Of a DNA stretch of 64,000 nt, positions 13,395 to 27,297 are shown one piece after another. The stretch's first letter is position 1. The number at the start of each line of letters is the position of its first letter. The notes beneath the pieces were generated by a model. That model made no database searches and had not been told where the DNA came from. It worked only from the letters and a program-made list of their open reading frames with translations. The position numbers and the translations under genes are program-made. Source of the DNA: Octopus vulgaris (lineage: Eukaryota); assembly GCA_951406725.2 (NCBI GenBank), contig OX597815.1, positions 4,092,001 through 4,156,000 on the forward strand, in the 5' to 3' direction.

Positions 13395-13553
13395 TACGAC
13401 GGGCTTCTTTCAGTTTCCGCCTACCAAATCCACTCACAAGGCTTTGGTCGGCTCGAGGCTATAGTAGAAGACACTTGCCCAAGGTGCCACGCAGTGGGAC
13501 TGAACCCGGAACCATGTGGTTGGTGAGCAAGCTACTTACCACACAGCCACTCC
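13130..13553 (-). mobile_element. SINE family A full copy with internal (TA)n
   Basis: Reverse complement of the 27298-27700 copy, including the (GAGTAAAA)-like tail. Confidence 0.9.
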
Positions 13554-13764
13554 TATTATTCAAGTTAACATGAAAAATATTTCATGTTAAAGTAGTTCGT
13601 GTTATTTTATAATTCTTTTCTTCACCTGCGACTTTTGTTTCACGCTTTCAGAAATTCGAATAAAATTTACTTCCAGAATACTTAGCTGTGGGGGGGGGAA
13701 CGAATTGATGGCAACACAAACCACCATTAGTTGCCCAGGATGCCGAGGCATATATATATATATA

Positions 13765-14122
13765 TTCTTCTACTTGTTTCAGTCATTTGACTGCGGCCAT
13801 GCTGGAGCATCGCCTTTAGTCGAATAAATTATACCCCAGGACTTATTCCTTGTGAGCCTAGTATTTATGCTATCGGTCTCTTTAACCGAACCGCTAAGTT
13901 ACGGGGACGCAAGCACACAAGCATCGGTTGTCAAGCGATGTTGGGGCGGGGGGGGGGGGACAAGCACAGACACAAACATATACACGCACACAAACCAATG
14001 GACACACATGTAGTGTATATATATATATACACTACGGGCTTCTTTCAGTTTCCGTCTACCTAATCCACTCACACAGCTTTGGTCGGCCCGAGGCTATAGT
14101 AGAAGACACTTGCCCAAGGTGC
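13765..14122 (-). mobile_element. SINE family A, 5'-truncated
   Basis: Matches family A body and tail. Confidence 0.85.
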
Positions 14123-14179
14123 TGACCTTGATAGATATATACGTATATATGTATGTATGTGTATATATATATACGTATG

Positions 14180-14214
<35 letters not shown>

Positions 14215-14253
14215 ATACACACATATATGTATGTATATATATATACATGTGTG

Positions 14254-14289
<36 letters not shown>

Positions 14290-14320
14290 TGTATAATATG
14301 TGACAATCAGTTAGTTGTCA

Positions 14321-14376
14321 TAATAATACTCAGAGTTTCAGATGCCGGGACTTAAACACATCCTCATCAGTAATTA
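14321..14376 (-). ncRNA. Minimal type I hammerhead ribozyme motif (C3-G8)
   Basis: Minus strand: taatta CTGATGA ggatg-loop-catct GAAAC tctga GTA ttatta; stem I weak. Confidence 0.6.
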
Positions 14377-14409
14377 AAACAAAACGTTTTTTTTCATAAC
14401 GTTTTGTTT

Positions 14410-14465
14410 TAATTACTGATGAGGATATCTTTAAGTCCCGGCAGCTGAAACTCTGAGTATTATTA
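14410..14465 (+). ncRNA. Minimal hammerhead motif, mirror copy with degraded stem II
   Basis: taatta CTGATGA ggata...cagct GAAAC tctga GTA ttatta. Confidence 0.45.
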
Positions 14466-14546
14466 AGACAACTAACTGATTGTCACATATTATACATACA
14501 TACATACATACATACATACATACACACATATACACACATGTATATA

Positions 14547-14590
<44 letters not shown>

Positions 14591-14609
14591 CATATATATG
14601 TGTGTGTAT

Positions 14610-14688
<79 letters not shown>

Positions 14689-14716
14689 CACATATATATA
14701 TATATATATATATATA

Positions 14717-15992
14717 CGAGGGGCGTTCAATAAGTACTGCCTCTGACCCACTTGCAGTTGTTTGAAATTTTGCATGTGCAATTATCTATATCTCTATAGA
14801 TTAAGTGGTAAATTACAGCTCTGAATTAATTGTGGTTTCTGATTTACAGGTGTTTGAACCGAGTCAAGTGTGAAATGGAGCCTGTTGAGTGTCGAGCAGT
14901 GATCCGGTTTTTATATTTGAAAGGACGCACACCACGGGAGACTTTTGATGAAATGAAAGTAATGATGATGCCCCATCATATGACCTTGTAAAACGCTGGC
15001 ATTGTGAATTCAAACATGGTCGGAACTCTGTGGAAACAGCTCCCAGATCTGGTCGCCCCCTACTGCTATTGATGAGGCATCTGTCCATCAAGTTGAGGCT
15101 GCCATTTTGGAAGATCGACGCATAACTATTCGCCAAATAGCCCATGAGGTCAAGATTAGTACCGGGTCTGTAGAAACCAATCATTCATGACCATTTGCAT
15201 ATGCAAAAGGTGTCTGCCAGATGGATTCCCAGGTTGCTCACACCTTTCCGGAAGCAAGAACGCGTCGAGTGCTCGAGGATGAATTTGGAGATGTGCCAAG
15301 AAGATGAGTCAACATTTTTCAAAAGACTGATTACACAGGATGAAACCTGGGTCCATCACTATGATCCAGAGACAAAAGCCCAGTCAATGCAGTGGAAGCA
15401 CCGTGACTCACCTCCTCCAAAGAAGGCAAGGGTGCAGCCCTCCACTAGCAAGGTCATGCTCATAGTCTTCTGGGACCAGGACGGAGTAGTGATGACAGAT
15501 TTCCTGGAAAAGGGCACCACAATTACAGGAGCCTATTATGCTTCACTTTTGATGAAATTAAGAGAAGCTATCAAAATCAAGAGGCGGAGCAAGATCAGCA
15601 AAGGCATCCTCCTCCTGCAGGACAGCGCTCCGGTCCACAACTCGCGTGTCGCCAGATGAGAAGCACAGGCGTGCGGCTATGAACTCCTCCCCCATGCCCC
15701 TACTCTCTTGACCTTGCACCCTCGGACTTTCACCTCTTCCCAGCCATGAAGTTGTTTTTGAAAGGAAAACGTTTCCCAGATGATGCAGCCTTGATTTCTG
15801 AAGTCACGTCGTGGTTGGAGGACCAAGCTGGGGTCTTCTACAAAAACGGTCTCCAGAGCTGCATCAAACGATGGGAGAAATGCGTAACTCTGGGTGGTTC
15901 CTATGTAGAAAAAGACTAATAACTGTGCCAAGTTTCGTTGCTCTACTGCTATGGGAAGTGGGTCATGGGCATTACTTATTGAACGCCCCTCG
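14717..15992 (+). mobile_element. Full-length mariner DNA transposon (~1.28 kb), inactive
   Basis: TIRs cgaggggcgttcaataagta / tacttattgaacgcccctcg, TA flanks inside a (TA)n tract. Confidence 0.97.
14875..15919 (+). pseudogene. Mariner DD34D transposase pseudogene
   Basis: MEPVECRAVIRFL..., ARWIPRLL, TQDETWVHHYD, LLQDSAPVH, DLAPSDFHLF; several frameshifts and a stop at 15657-15659. Confidence 0.95.
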
Positions 15993-16121
15993 TATATATA
16001 TATATACTATTTCATTGTAAGAAAAAAATTTATAATATTCTTCAGACATATTGACTTAAAAATATATATTCTTTAACCTTATAAAACAAGCCTTCTGTAG
16101 TTTTTTCACTTTTTACTATTT

Positions 16122-16271
<150 letters not shown>

Positions 16272-17181
16272 CATATATATATATATACATACATATATTT
16301 ACAGATAAATTCCTTTATTTACCTAATATCGAAGTCTCATTCATTCTTTTGTTGTCATACTATTACTATTAATGTGTATATATATATATACACGCACACA
16401 CATATACACACACACATATATATATATATACGTGTATACCCGTGTATAATATATTCCATCCATATTAACATCTAATCTCCTCCATTTACGAAAAATATGA
16501 TTGACTTTATTGAACTGTTTTATAAGTTAAATCCTACTCCACCCAATATACTTAAATATAGAACCAAATGTTTAATTCATTATCATTCTTCTGCTCGCCT
16601 TCAACCCAGTCGGTTATTCCCGGAGATTTTAAGGTGGTAATACTGTCTTTTGGCGTCTATTTTTCCCAACGCGTAGAGAGGCACATAGCCAAAATCCTTC
16701 TTATAATGTTGTATGTAATTATAAAATATTTGTAAAGTTTACCTATAAGGTTTTTATTTGCGCGCTGACCCCCTGGTAAAATCATTAATGATTTTTACCC
16801 TTTATTATAATTAATATTTGAAAAGTTTTTTATATATATATATGTATATATATATATAAAGAATATATATATATACACACACACATACATAGATGCATAA
16901 ATACATACACACTTGTGTAGATCCATACACGCATATGTGCATATGTGCATGCATATATTAGCTTAGTTTTTCCTTGGGGCTGCCCAGATAGGAGCAATCT
17001 CAAGTATAATCACCCGAAATTGTGAAGATAATCAGGTACTTGACTGACGAAAGAAAACTTCGAATGACCCGTCCTTGTTTTCTTTGTATCGTCTATCTGG
17101 GTATTTTGTTGTCCCGTTTTTCTATCACCTAACTGTATGGACGTTTTGCGTTCTTGTCCCATTTTGTATTATATATATATA

Positions 17182-17572
17182 CTAGCAGTATCGCCCGGCG
17201 TTGCTCGGGTTTGTTTTTCGACCCTTTCGAATTGGAATTTTTGAAAAGTAAAAGTTTTCCATTATGTAGCTTGTTATTCTCTTTAAGTGAACATTTTTCT
17301 GGTTGAAATACACCGAAAAATGGCGACACAGCAGTCAAAAAATCGTAAAAAATAGGGATTTTCATTTTTAAAAAAAGCACCTTTTTGATGTAAATAATTT
17401 TTGGTGTTAACATGGTCCGATTTGAATTTTTTCTTCTACGGAAGGAAGAGCAAGCCATCTTCTATCATACTCTCAATTTTGGTCGACTTGCGCCGCAGGG
17501 TCTCGGAGGAGATAGTGTTAGTTGAAGGCTACCAAACCTGTCATACACAGGCAACTTCAGCTTTGTATAGAG
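17182..17572 (-). mobile_element. Non-autonomous Helitron-like element
   Basis: actagcagtatcgcccggcgttgctcggg end; near-identical to 9687-10077. Confidence 0.75.
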
Positions 17573-17660
17573 AGAAAGATTTGTCCGTGAACGCTGCCGA
17601 ATACGCGTGCGCGCGCGTTTGTGTTCGACTGACGGCGCTGTTGGGTAGAAGATGTATATG

Positions 17661-17722
<62 letters not shown>

Positions 17723-17788
17723 AATTCCCTTACAGGACTGTCACGTTAGGTTGACAGTATACGACCACTCTCTGTCTCTCTCTCTCTC

Positions 17789-17825
<37 letters not shown>

Positions 17826-17923
17826 TGACTGAAGACTGAGGGTTTCGAATGTCCTGTCCGTGTTTATTGTATCGTCTTCTAAGAGTTATACGTTCTTGTC
17901 CATGTTGTATTTTTCTACATACC

Positions 17924-17963
<40 letters not shown>

Positions 17964-18103
17964 AAGCTGAAGTTGTCTGTGTATGGCAGGTTTGGTAGCC
18001 TTCAACTAACACTATCTCCTCCAAGACCCTGCGGCACAAGTTGACCAAAATTGAGAGTATGATAGAAGAAGGCTTGCTCTTCCTTCCGTAGGAGAAAAAA
18101 TTC

Positions 18104-18621
18104 AATTCTTCGTGTGTCGGCGTCCATGCTCGCACCTGCACCTGTGTTTCTCCTCCCCTTCTTTCCCTCCCTCATGAAGCTGTGGGGAAGGGGAGGGCAG
18201 GGAAAACACACGTCGTAAGCGTTGCCAAGGAGACCACCGTTCTTCTCGAAGAACGACTTCATGGCTTTGAAGTCGCCATGCTCAAAGCAGAGAATGGCTA
18301 GGAAAGCCGAAGACGAATTTACAAAATGGGGAAACACGCCACACAAAGGCAGGTTTCCCGTGCAAAGAATTGGCACAACCGAATGTATTTATTGGTTGTT
18401 GCGCAATAGACGTCATTGATTAGTTGAAATTGCAGAAGAAAAAACAGCAAATATCTTAGAAACTCTAGAATTTTCTGAATAAAGCCAAGAGAAAAAAATG
18501 TTTTATTTTGACAGATTCTACAAGAATACGAAGTTTAGAATTTTTGGGAGAAGAACGGTGGTCTCCATGACAACGCTTCACAGGTGCAGGTGTGAGCCTG
18601 GACGCCGACACACGGAAAATT
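18104..18621. mobile_element. MITE-like element with long TIRs; left ~300 bp repeated at 20210-20515
   Basis: aattcttcgtgtgtcggcgtccatgctcgcacctgcacctg versus caggtgcaggtgtgagcctggacgccgacacacggaaaatt, plus inner IR ggagaccaccgttcttctc / gagaagaacggtggtctcc. Confidence 0.75.
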
Positions 18622-20160
18622 GGTGGTGGTGGTGGTGGTGGTGGTGGTGGTGGTGGAGTTGCTGGTGGTGGAGTTGGTGGTGATGGAGATGGGGTGGTGG
18701 TGATGGTGGTGGTGGTGATGATGGTGGTGGTGATGGTGATGATGGTGGTGGTGGTGGTGGTGGTGGTGGTGGTGATGGTGGTGGTGGTGATGATGTTGGT
18801 GGTGGTGGTGGTGGTGGTGGTGATGATGGTGGTGGTGGTGGTGATGGTGGTGGTGATGGTGGTGGTGGTGATGATGGTGGTGGTGGTGGTGGTGGTGGTG
18901 GTGGTGGTGGTGGTGGTGGTGGTGGTGGTGGTGGTGGTGATGATGGTGGTGGTGGTGGTGGTGGTGGTGGTGATGGTGGTGGTGGTGGTGGTGATGGTGG
19001 TGGTGGTGGTGGTGGTGGTGGTGGTGGTGGTGGTGGTGATGGTGGTTGTAGTGGTGGTGGTGATGGTGGCGATGGTGGTGTGGTGATGATGGTGATGGTG
19101 GTGGCAGTGGTGATGGTGGTGGTGGTGGTGGCAATGGTGGTAGTTGTGGTGGTGGGTGTGGTGGTGGGTGTGGTGGTGTGGTGTGGTTGTGGTGGTGATG
19201 GTGGTTGTAGTGGAGGTGATGGTGGTGGTGGTAGCGGTGATGGTGGTTGTAGTGGTGGTGGTGGAGTTGGTGGTGGTGGCGGTGGTGGTGGTTGTGGTGG
19301 TAGTGGTGGTGGTGGTGGAGTTGGTGGTGGTGGAGTTGATGGTGATGGTGGTGGTGGTGATGGTGGTGGTGGTGGTGGTTGTAGTTGTGGAGTTGGTGGT
19401 GGTGGAGTTGATGGTGATGGTGGTGGTGGTGATGGAATTGTTGGTGGTGGTGGTGGTGGTGGTGGTGGTGGTGGTGGTGATGGTGGTGGTGGTGGTTATG
19501 GTGGTGGTGGTGGTGGTGATGATGGTGGTGGTTGTGATGGTGGTGGTGTTGATGGTGATGATGGTGGTGGTGGTGGTGGTGGTGATGTTGGTGGCGGTGG
19601 TGATGATGGTGGTGGTGGTTGTGATGGTGGTGTTGGTGGTGGTGGTGGTGGTGGTGATGGTGGTGGTAGTGGTGGTGGTGGTGGGGGTGGTGGTGGTGGT
19701 GGTGGTGGTGGTGATGGTGGGTGGTGGTGATGCTGGTGGTTGTTGTGGTAGTGGTGGTGGTGGTGGTGTTGATGGTGGTAGTGGTGGTGGTGGTGGTGGT
19801 GGTGGGTGTTGTGGTGTTGGTGGTGGTGGTGGTGGTGGCGTTGATGGTGGTGGTGGTGGTGGTGGTGGCGGTTGTGGTGGTGGTGGTGGTGGTTGAGTTG
19901 GTGTTGGTGGTGGAGTTGGTGGTGGTGATGGTAGTGGTGGTGATGGTAGTGGTGGTGATGGTGGAGTTTGTGATGGTGGTGATGGCGATGGTGATGGTGG
20001 TAGCGGCGATGGTGGTGGTGGTGGTGGTGGTGGCGGCGATGGTGGGTGGTGGTGGTGGTGGTGGTGGCGATGGTGGTAGTGGTGGCGGCGATGGTGATAG
20101 TTATGGTGGTGGTGATGGTGGTAATGGTGATCGTGGTGGTCGTGGTCGTGGTCGTGGCAG
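18621..20160. repeat. ~1.5-kb imperfect (GGT)n/(GAT)n tract
   Basis: Directly visible; source of the poly-T/H/P ORFs. Confidence 0.95.
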
Positions 20161-20776
20161 TGTTGTCTGTAGTAGTCGTTTGACTGTGAAGCTGTCGTCT
20201 GGGTTCTTCCAATTCTTCGTGTGTCGGCGTCCATGCTCGCACCTGCACCTGTCTTGCTCCTCCCCTTCTTTCCCTCCCTCGTGAAGCTGTGGGGAAGGGG
20301 AGGGGAGGGAAACACACGTCGTAAGCGTTGCCAAGGAGACCACCGTTCTTCTCGAAGAACGACTCCATGGCTTTGAAGTCGCCATGCTCAAAGCAGAAAA
20401 TGGCTAGGAAAGCCGAAGACGAATTTACAAAATGGGGAAACACGCCACACAAAGGCAGGTTTCCCCTGCAAAGAATTGGCACAACCGAATGTATTTTGTA
20501 TTTATTTGTTGTTGCACAACTTTTACATAAAAAATATTATCCAAAAACAAACTTTTGAAGACAATAAAAAGGCAAGCTTACTACTATATAGTAGCCCTTT
20601 GGCTGCTATTTCTAAAATTTTCGGTATGTGGTCAAGCAACTTGTTGCAAATACCCTTATTATTATAATTATATAAGTTTTTCACCGAATATGGTCTTTTT
20701 CCATAACGAAATACTACTTAGGTGAAATTTGTTGATTTTATTAAATTAATTATATTTCACCCTATATCTGTAATGA

Positions 20777-20921
<145 letters not shown>

Positions 20922-21152
20922 CTTAATCCAAACAGGAAAGCACAAAAAAACACAACAACGCGAGGACGTGGGGCAAATATAGTATTATTGGACGCTCAGG
21001 AAAGAAGGAAAGAAGGAGGGTTTATAACGTTTCGAGCGGAGCTCTTCGTCGGAAACATAGGAGAAGGAAAGATCCAGAGAAGGGAAGACAGAGGAAAAAA
21101 ATCGCCAACGGTACACCCGAGGTCACATTTTGATATATATATATATACACAA

Positions 21153-21240
<88 letters not shown>

Positions 21241-21241
<1 letters not shown>

Positions 21242-21571
21242 CGCGTGGATCAGTGGTTAGAGCGTCGAGCTTACGATCGTGAGGTTGTGAGCTCGAATCC
21301 CGGACCGGGCTGCGTGTTGTGTTCTTGAGCAAGACACTTTATTTCACGTTGCTCCAGTTCACTCAGCTGTAGAAATTAGTTGCGACGTCACTGGTGCCAA
21401 GCTGTATCGGCCCTTGCCTTTCCCTTGGACAACATCGGTGACGTGGAGAGGGGAGGCCGGTATGCATGGGCGACTGCTGGTCTTCCATAAAACAACCTTG
21501 CCCAGACTTGCGCCTCAGAGGGTAACTCTCTAGGTACAAACCCATGGTCAGTGTCTGACCGAAGGGGGTCA
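21241..21571 (+). mobile_element. tRNA-derived SINE family C (CORE-like); related copies 22903-23150, 28465-28680, 36770-37078 (-), 25260-25555 (-)
   Basis: ggcgcgtggatcagtggttagagc A-box, tcgaatccc B-box, then gtgttcttgagcaagacacttt...ctccagttcactcagctg. Confidence 0.85.
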
Positions 21572-21613
21572 CACATATATATATATATGTATATATATAT
21601 GAGAGAGAGATAT

Positions 21614-21660
<47 letters not shown>

Positions 21661-22299
21661 TGTGTGTGTGTGTGTGTGTGTATATAGATATATATTCATA
21701 TATTCAAAGATGCGTATGAATATTAGAAGAAATATATATATATATATATACATACGCACACACATACATGTATATTATACTCACACACACACATTTTTCC
21801 ATGCATACATACATGTGTGTGTTTAATGCAACTTTGTATACATGAACAACTGACGTAAGCTGCATGTAATATGAAAGCCTGCACATGCTCCCTCCGCTAT
21901 ATATACACACATACGCACATCCCCACATATATGTATACACACACACACACAAAATTCAACCATCTGTAAACACATAAGGAAATAATCCCAATCTAGTCCT
22001 TTCCCTCTAGGGAACGAAGGCGCATGTGTAGGTTGCAATGTCTTCTCTTCACTCCCAAATAACTATCAAACAGCTATCGATAATTCAACCCAACCAATTG
22101 CGTCCCCTAGTGGTTTGTGTTTAATACACAAATCGGTTTGCTATGTGTGCCACATATGATTTAATTAACTGATTTTTTCCAGTAATAAAGTATCATATTG
22201 GAATAAAAAGGGCCATATAGCTCCTTGGAACAGACATGATGCTCGCGGTGAATTTTTTAAAAATTCCTGCCAATTTGTGAAAGATATTGTCGAAAATAT

Positions 22300-22708
22300 G
22301 TCATCTTGAATTTGAACGCGATTTCCCAAAATGGCATGATTTTATCGATTTTTTCTGATGGTAAGGTATTGCATGGAAAACTAACGTCAGAATTAAGTTT
22401 CTTAGGGTAACATTAAACTTCACCATGAGTTTGGTGAAAATCGATTGCAAGTTGCGAAAACTACAACAGAAAATGTGTTGCATATAAAAAGCTTAGATTC
22501 TCGACCCCATGTCGAATTTATCGATTTTTTTCAAAACTGGGGGAACTTTTCAAAATTTTCGCTGCGTTAGTTTTGAATTATGACATTGGGCTATGTGTGT
22601 GTCAAGTTTCATCAGAATCGGTTTAAAGCCCTGGTCAGGGTCAGGGTACAACCTGACAGACACACAGACACACAGACAGACAAACTGCCGTTTATATATA
22701 GAGAGATA
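22300..22708 (-). mobile_element. Helitron/DINE-like non-autonomous fragment
   Basis: aagtttcatcagaatcgg ... (ACAG)n ... ttatatatagagagat end, a typical invertebrate Helitron-derivative layout; left boundary approximate. Confidence 0.5.
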
Positions 22709-22824
22709 TGCATACACACACACATATATATATATACACGTCCATACATACATACATACATACATACATACATACATACATACATACATACATACATACA
22801 TACATACATACATACATACATACA

Positions 22825-22860
<36 letters not shown>

Positions 22861-23153
22861 CATACATACATATAAATATGTGTGTGTGTGTGTGTGTATG
22901 GAAGTGCGTGGCTTAGTGGTTAGGGTGTTAGCACCATGATCGTAAGATTGTGGTTTCGATTCCTGGACCAGGTGACGCGTTATGTTCTTGAGCAAAACAC
23001 TTCATTTCACGTTGCTCCAGTCCACTCAGCTGGCAAACTTGAGTAACGCTGCGATGGACTGGCTTCCCGTCCAGCTGGGGAACACATACACCATAGAAAC
23101 CGGGAAACCGGGCCCATGAGCCTGGCTAGGCTTTAAAAGGGCGCATTTATCAT

Positions 23154-23208
<55 letters not shown>

Positions 23209-24138
23209 TACATACATACATACATACATACATACATACATACATACATACATACATACATACATACATAGATAAATGCATACATACATATATAGATACA
23301 TGTTGTAACACAAACACACATCTGTTTATTTATTCTCGACTGTCCGGGGAAAGGAATTTCGGAAAATTCTCACTGTTTGGCTTTGCTTCCTCTTAACTTT
23401 CAGAGAAATGGATATTTTTAAATGAAATTTCCTACAGATACCTTTCAGATGGTGTAAATTAGGACTGTATCGGAATTTAATGTGAAAAATAAAACTGCTG
23501 GCCACGTACCCATACATACCGACACACAACACAATTTTTTTCGAAATTCCAAACTTCATTTTGTAGATATTAAGTAACGTGTGTCACTCTGTACGCATGC
23601 GCAGCCCTTTTATTTATTTATTCTGTTATTCGTTTCCTTGTTTCAGTCATTTGACTGCGGTCATACTGGGGCACCGCCTTTAGTCGAACAAATCGACGCC
23701 AAGACTTATTATTTGTAAGCCTAGTACCTATTTTATCTCTTCCTTTTGCCGAACCGCTAAGTTACCGGGACATAAACTCACCAATATCGGTTGTCAAGAG
23801 ATGGTCGGGGAAAAACACAGACACAAACACACACACAGACACACACACACACGCACATACATACACACACACGCACATACACATATATATATATATATAT
23901 GATGATATATATAAATTGAATTGGTTTTATTGTTGTCAATTTGAAAATATAGCCGCGAAACACGTGTAGCCTATTTACTAATTATATACTATTTATTTAT
24001 TATTTAGTACTTTATTTAGTTTTAGGTAAATGTTTTATCGTATCTTTAATTTTTTTCTATATGGAATGATTTAAATATATCACTGTTGAATTGCTTCATG
24101 GTGGTTCTTCTCTAATTTATATACATATACATATACAT

Positions 24139-24210
<72 letters not shown>

Positions 24211-24214
<4 letters not shown>

Positions 24215-24418
24215 TTTATAATTAGGGTTCAGCAAAGATTTGCTTCACCACATACCGAAGTTTAGAAATAGCAGTCAAAAACCTTAGCTATTTCTTCTAC
24301 TTTAAAAGGGACTCCCAGAAAAACCAAAGTAGAAGAAATAGCTAAGGTTTTTGACTGCTATTTCTAAACTTCGGTATGTGGTGAAGCAAATCTTTGCTGA
24401 ACCCAAATTATAAAGTAT
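24211..24418. repeat. Near-perfect ~92-bp-arm palindrome next to (TA)n
   Basis: atactttataattagggttcagcaaaga...ctacttt / aaagtag...tctttgctgaacccaaattataaagtat. Confidence 0.9.
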
Positions 24419-24508
24419 TACTTAAGCTTACCATGAAATGGTCCTTTTCATGCCGAATATTCTACTTGGTGAACTTACTGATTACTTCTTAATTAATTAA
24501 TTTTACAC

Positions 24509-24644
<136 letters not shown>

Positions 24645-25560
24645 GACGAGCTTCTTTCAGTTTCCGTCCACCAAATCCACTCACAAGGCTTTGGTCGGCC
24701 TGGGCTATAGTAGAAGACACCTGCCCAAGGTGCCACGCAATGGAACTGAACCTGGAACCATGTGGTTGGGAAGCAAGCTTCTTACCACACAGCCACCCCC
24801 GTGTCTATTTATTTATTTATTTATTTATTTCATATCAAATTCCGATATAATTGTAATCCACACCATCTGAAAGGTATTTAAAGGAAATTGTAGTAAAAAT
24901 AAAAAGCCATTTTTCTGAAAGTTATGAGGAAACAAAGCCAACTCGTATGAATTTTCCGAAACTTCTCACCCGCGCCTGGGATTTTTGTTGCTTTTTTCTT
25001 ACGCAACAGATTCCAATATAATTGGAGTCTACACAATCTGAAGCTCATTTGTGAAATAATTCTTTAAAAGAAAAACCGGCGCAGGCGTGGCGGTGTGGTA
25101 ATAAGTTTACTTCCAAGCACATGGTTCAGAGTTCAGCCCCATTGCGTGGCACCTTCTACTATAGCCTCGGGCCAACCAAAGCTTTGTGAGTGGATTTGGT
25201 AGACGGAAACTGAACAGAAGGCCGTCGTATATACGTATATATGTATATATATTGTTTGTTCTTTCTGAAGCCATGCCTGGCTCATAAGGGCCGGTTTCTC
25301 GGTTTCCTTGGCGTATAGGTTCCCCACCTGGACGGGACGCCGGTCCGTCGCAGGTGAGCTGCAAGATGCAAGAGGAAAGAGTGAGAGAAAGTTGTGGCGA
25401 AAGAGTCAGCAGAAGTTTCGCCATTTCCTTCTGCCGGAGCCGCGTGGAGCTTTGGTCTTTTCGCTCATAAACACACACATCGCTCGGTCTGAGATTCGAA
25501 CCCGCGATTCCTCGACTGCGAGTTCGCTGGTCTAACCACTAGGCATTGTGCCTCTACTAA

Positions 25561-25601
<41 letters not shown>

Positions 25602-25774
25602 TTTATGTCGGTATTTGTCCCCCACCACAGCTTGACAACCGGTGTTGGTGTGTTTACGTCCTCGTAACTTTAAAAAAAATTCAAGGCAGTGCTCCAGCAT
25701 GGCCGCAGACTAAGACTAAAAACAAGATAAAGATCATTTTTCTGAAAGTTATGAGGAAACAAAGTCGATGAGGC

Positions 25775-25929
25775 CACTAGCGTAGCTTGAGTGTGTGCCT
25801 CCCCGGGGAAAGGGGCATCCGTTTGCCACCTCCGGACCCCCCAAAAAAAACATATTGCCAACTGTAGACCCAAAAGCGCCGCCTGGGGCGGACCGCCCTT
25901 ACTGCCCCCTCCCCCTTGCTACGTTAGTG
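25775..25929. mobile_element. hAT-like MITE with 8-bp TSD
   Basis: TIR cactagcgtagc / gctacgttagtg; TSD gatgaggc at 25767-25774 and 25930-25937. Confidence 0.8.
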
Positions 25930-26957
25930 GATGAGGCACACTTCCGTAGGGAAGGCCACAGCTAAACACTTGTAGTTACTCAATAACAGCCATTCGTCAC
26001 TTTTATGGTTGTTATAAGTTTCGTGACAAATCTGTTGTCCCTTACACACACACACACACACACTGTATCCCTCTTATAAAGAGAAATAGAGAGACTCTGA
26101 AAAGCAGTTCGCTCTTCTCCATATTGATCTGTTTACTGTAAACTCTTCAATAAATGGTTATCATCGTAGTTTTTAATTTTCACTTTGAGCTTTATTCGTG
26201 GCAGCAGCGAGCAACGGAGGCGGTAAAAGATGGCGGCGAGGGAGAAACGACGCGAACGAGTTGAGTTTGTAAGGTGGAGAGTTTTATCGGAGGAAGGCGG
26301 AGGGAGGCGGAGTTAGACGTAATGATGCGGAAGGAGGCGGAACGAAACGGAATGAAGAAGATGGCAAACGCAGAATAGAACGAGGGGAGGGGCGAAAGCT
26401 ACGAAATAAAAGCAAAATATATTTAAAAAAAAAAAAGGAAAGAGGCGGGGATGGAAGACAAAAATGGCAAAAATATACAATAAAATAGAAATAAAATGAA
26501 ATAGAAGCGAACTCTAAGCTAATGGTGGACAGTTTCAGTGAATAGGAATGTAATCGGTGTAAGAAAGCAAGAAGCACGTAAGTTGTAAGACGGACAGTTT
26601 CCCTACGTGACCATTGTCCTTCATTTTGGCGCAGTTTCTTGACCGGCCCTCATTTTCTAATTGCATTCGATGAAATAAAATCTTCAGTTTTCATTTCCCA
26701 TCTTTATATCCTGTTCTTGCAATTCTTTTTTTTTTTTTGCAATGATTTTGTATACTTTTCTTCATTTCTTTATCTTTTCTTTTTGCACAAAAGTTTAAGA
26801 AGAATCGCACCAGTTTGTTCGCTTTTATTTTTTATTGATCGTATGTTTGTTTGTGTTACTCGGGTCTTTTTCGACAATCTTTTCAATTATATTTACTTCG
26901 TCTTCACTAAACTCATTGTCAGTAGCTCTATCTTCGCTGAAGTTACTGTCTGTCTAC

Positions 26958-27017
<60 letters not shown>

Positions 27018-27297
27018 TTATCTCTCTATCTACCTATCTGTCTATCTATCTATCTATTTATCTGTCTATCTGTCTGTCTATCTATCTATTTATCTTTCTA
27101 TCTGTCTATCTACCTGTCTGTCTGTCTATATATTTATCTATCTATACATCTATTTATCTATCCCTTTTGATCGAAATTTTATTTTTATCCGTTTTCTTTC
27201 TTCAAAAGAAAAGCTCTACATTGTATTTTATCCCCTCTGTGATCGGCCCTGTGTGGCTAATAACGAAAGATATCTATTGTATATCTATCTATCTATA

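Noticed and set aside
17040-17075. ctgacga-aag-aaaa-ctt-cgaat hammerhead-like motif (relative at ~17828)
   Set aside because: GAAU instead of GAAA and no stem I or III pairing found
18465-20315. 616-aa Pro/Thr/His-rich mucin-like ORF
   Set aside because: Product of the (ACC)n tract and flanking MITE; open in several frames
21241-21312. tRNA-like sequence
   Set aside because: Acceptor stem does not close and it continues into a SINE body; SINE head, not a tRNA gene
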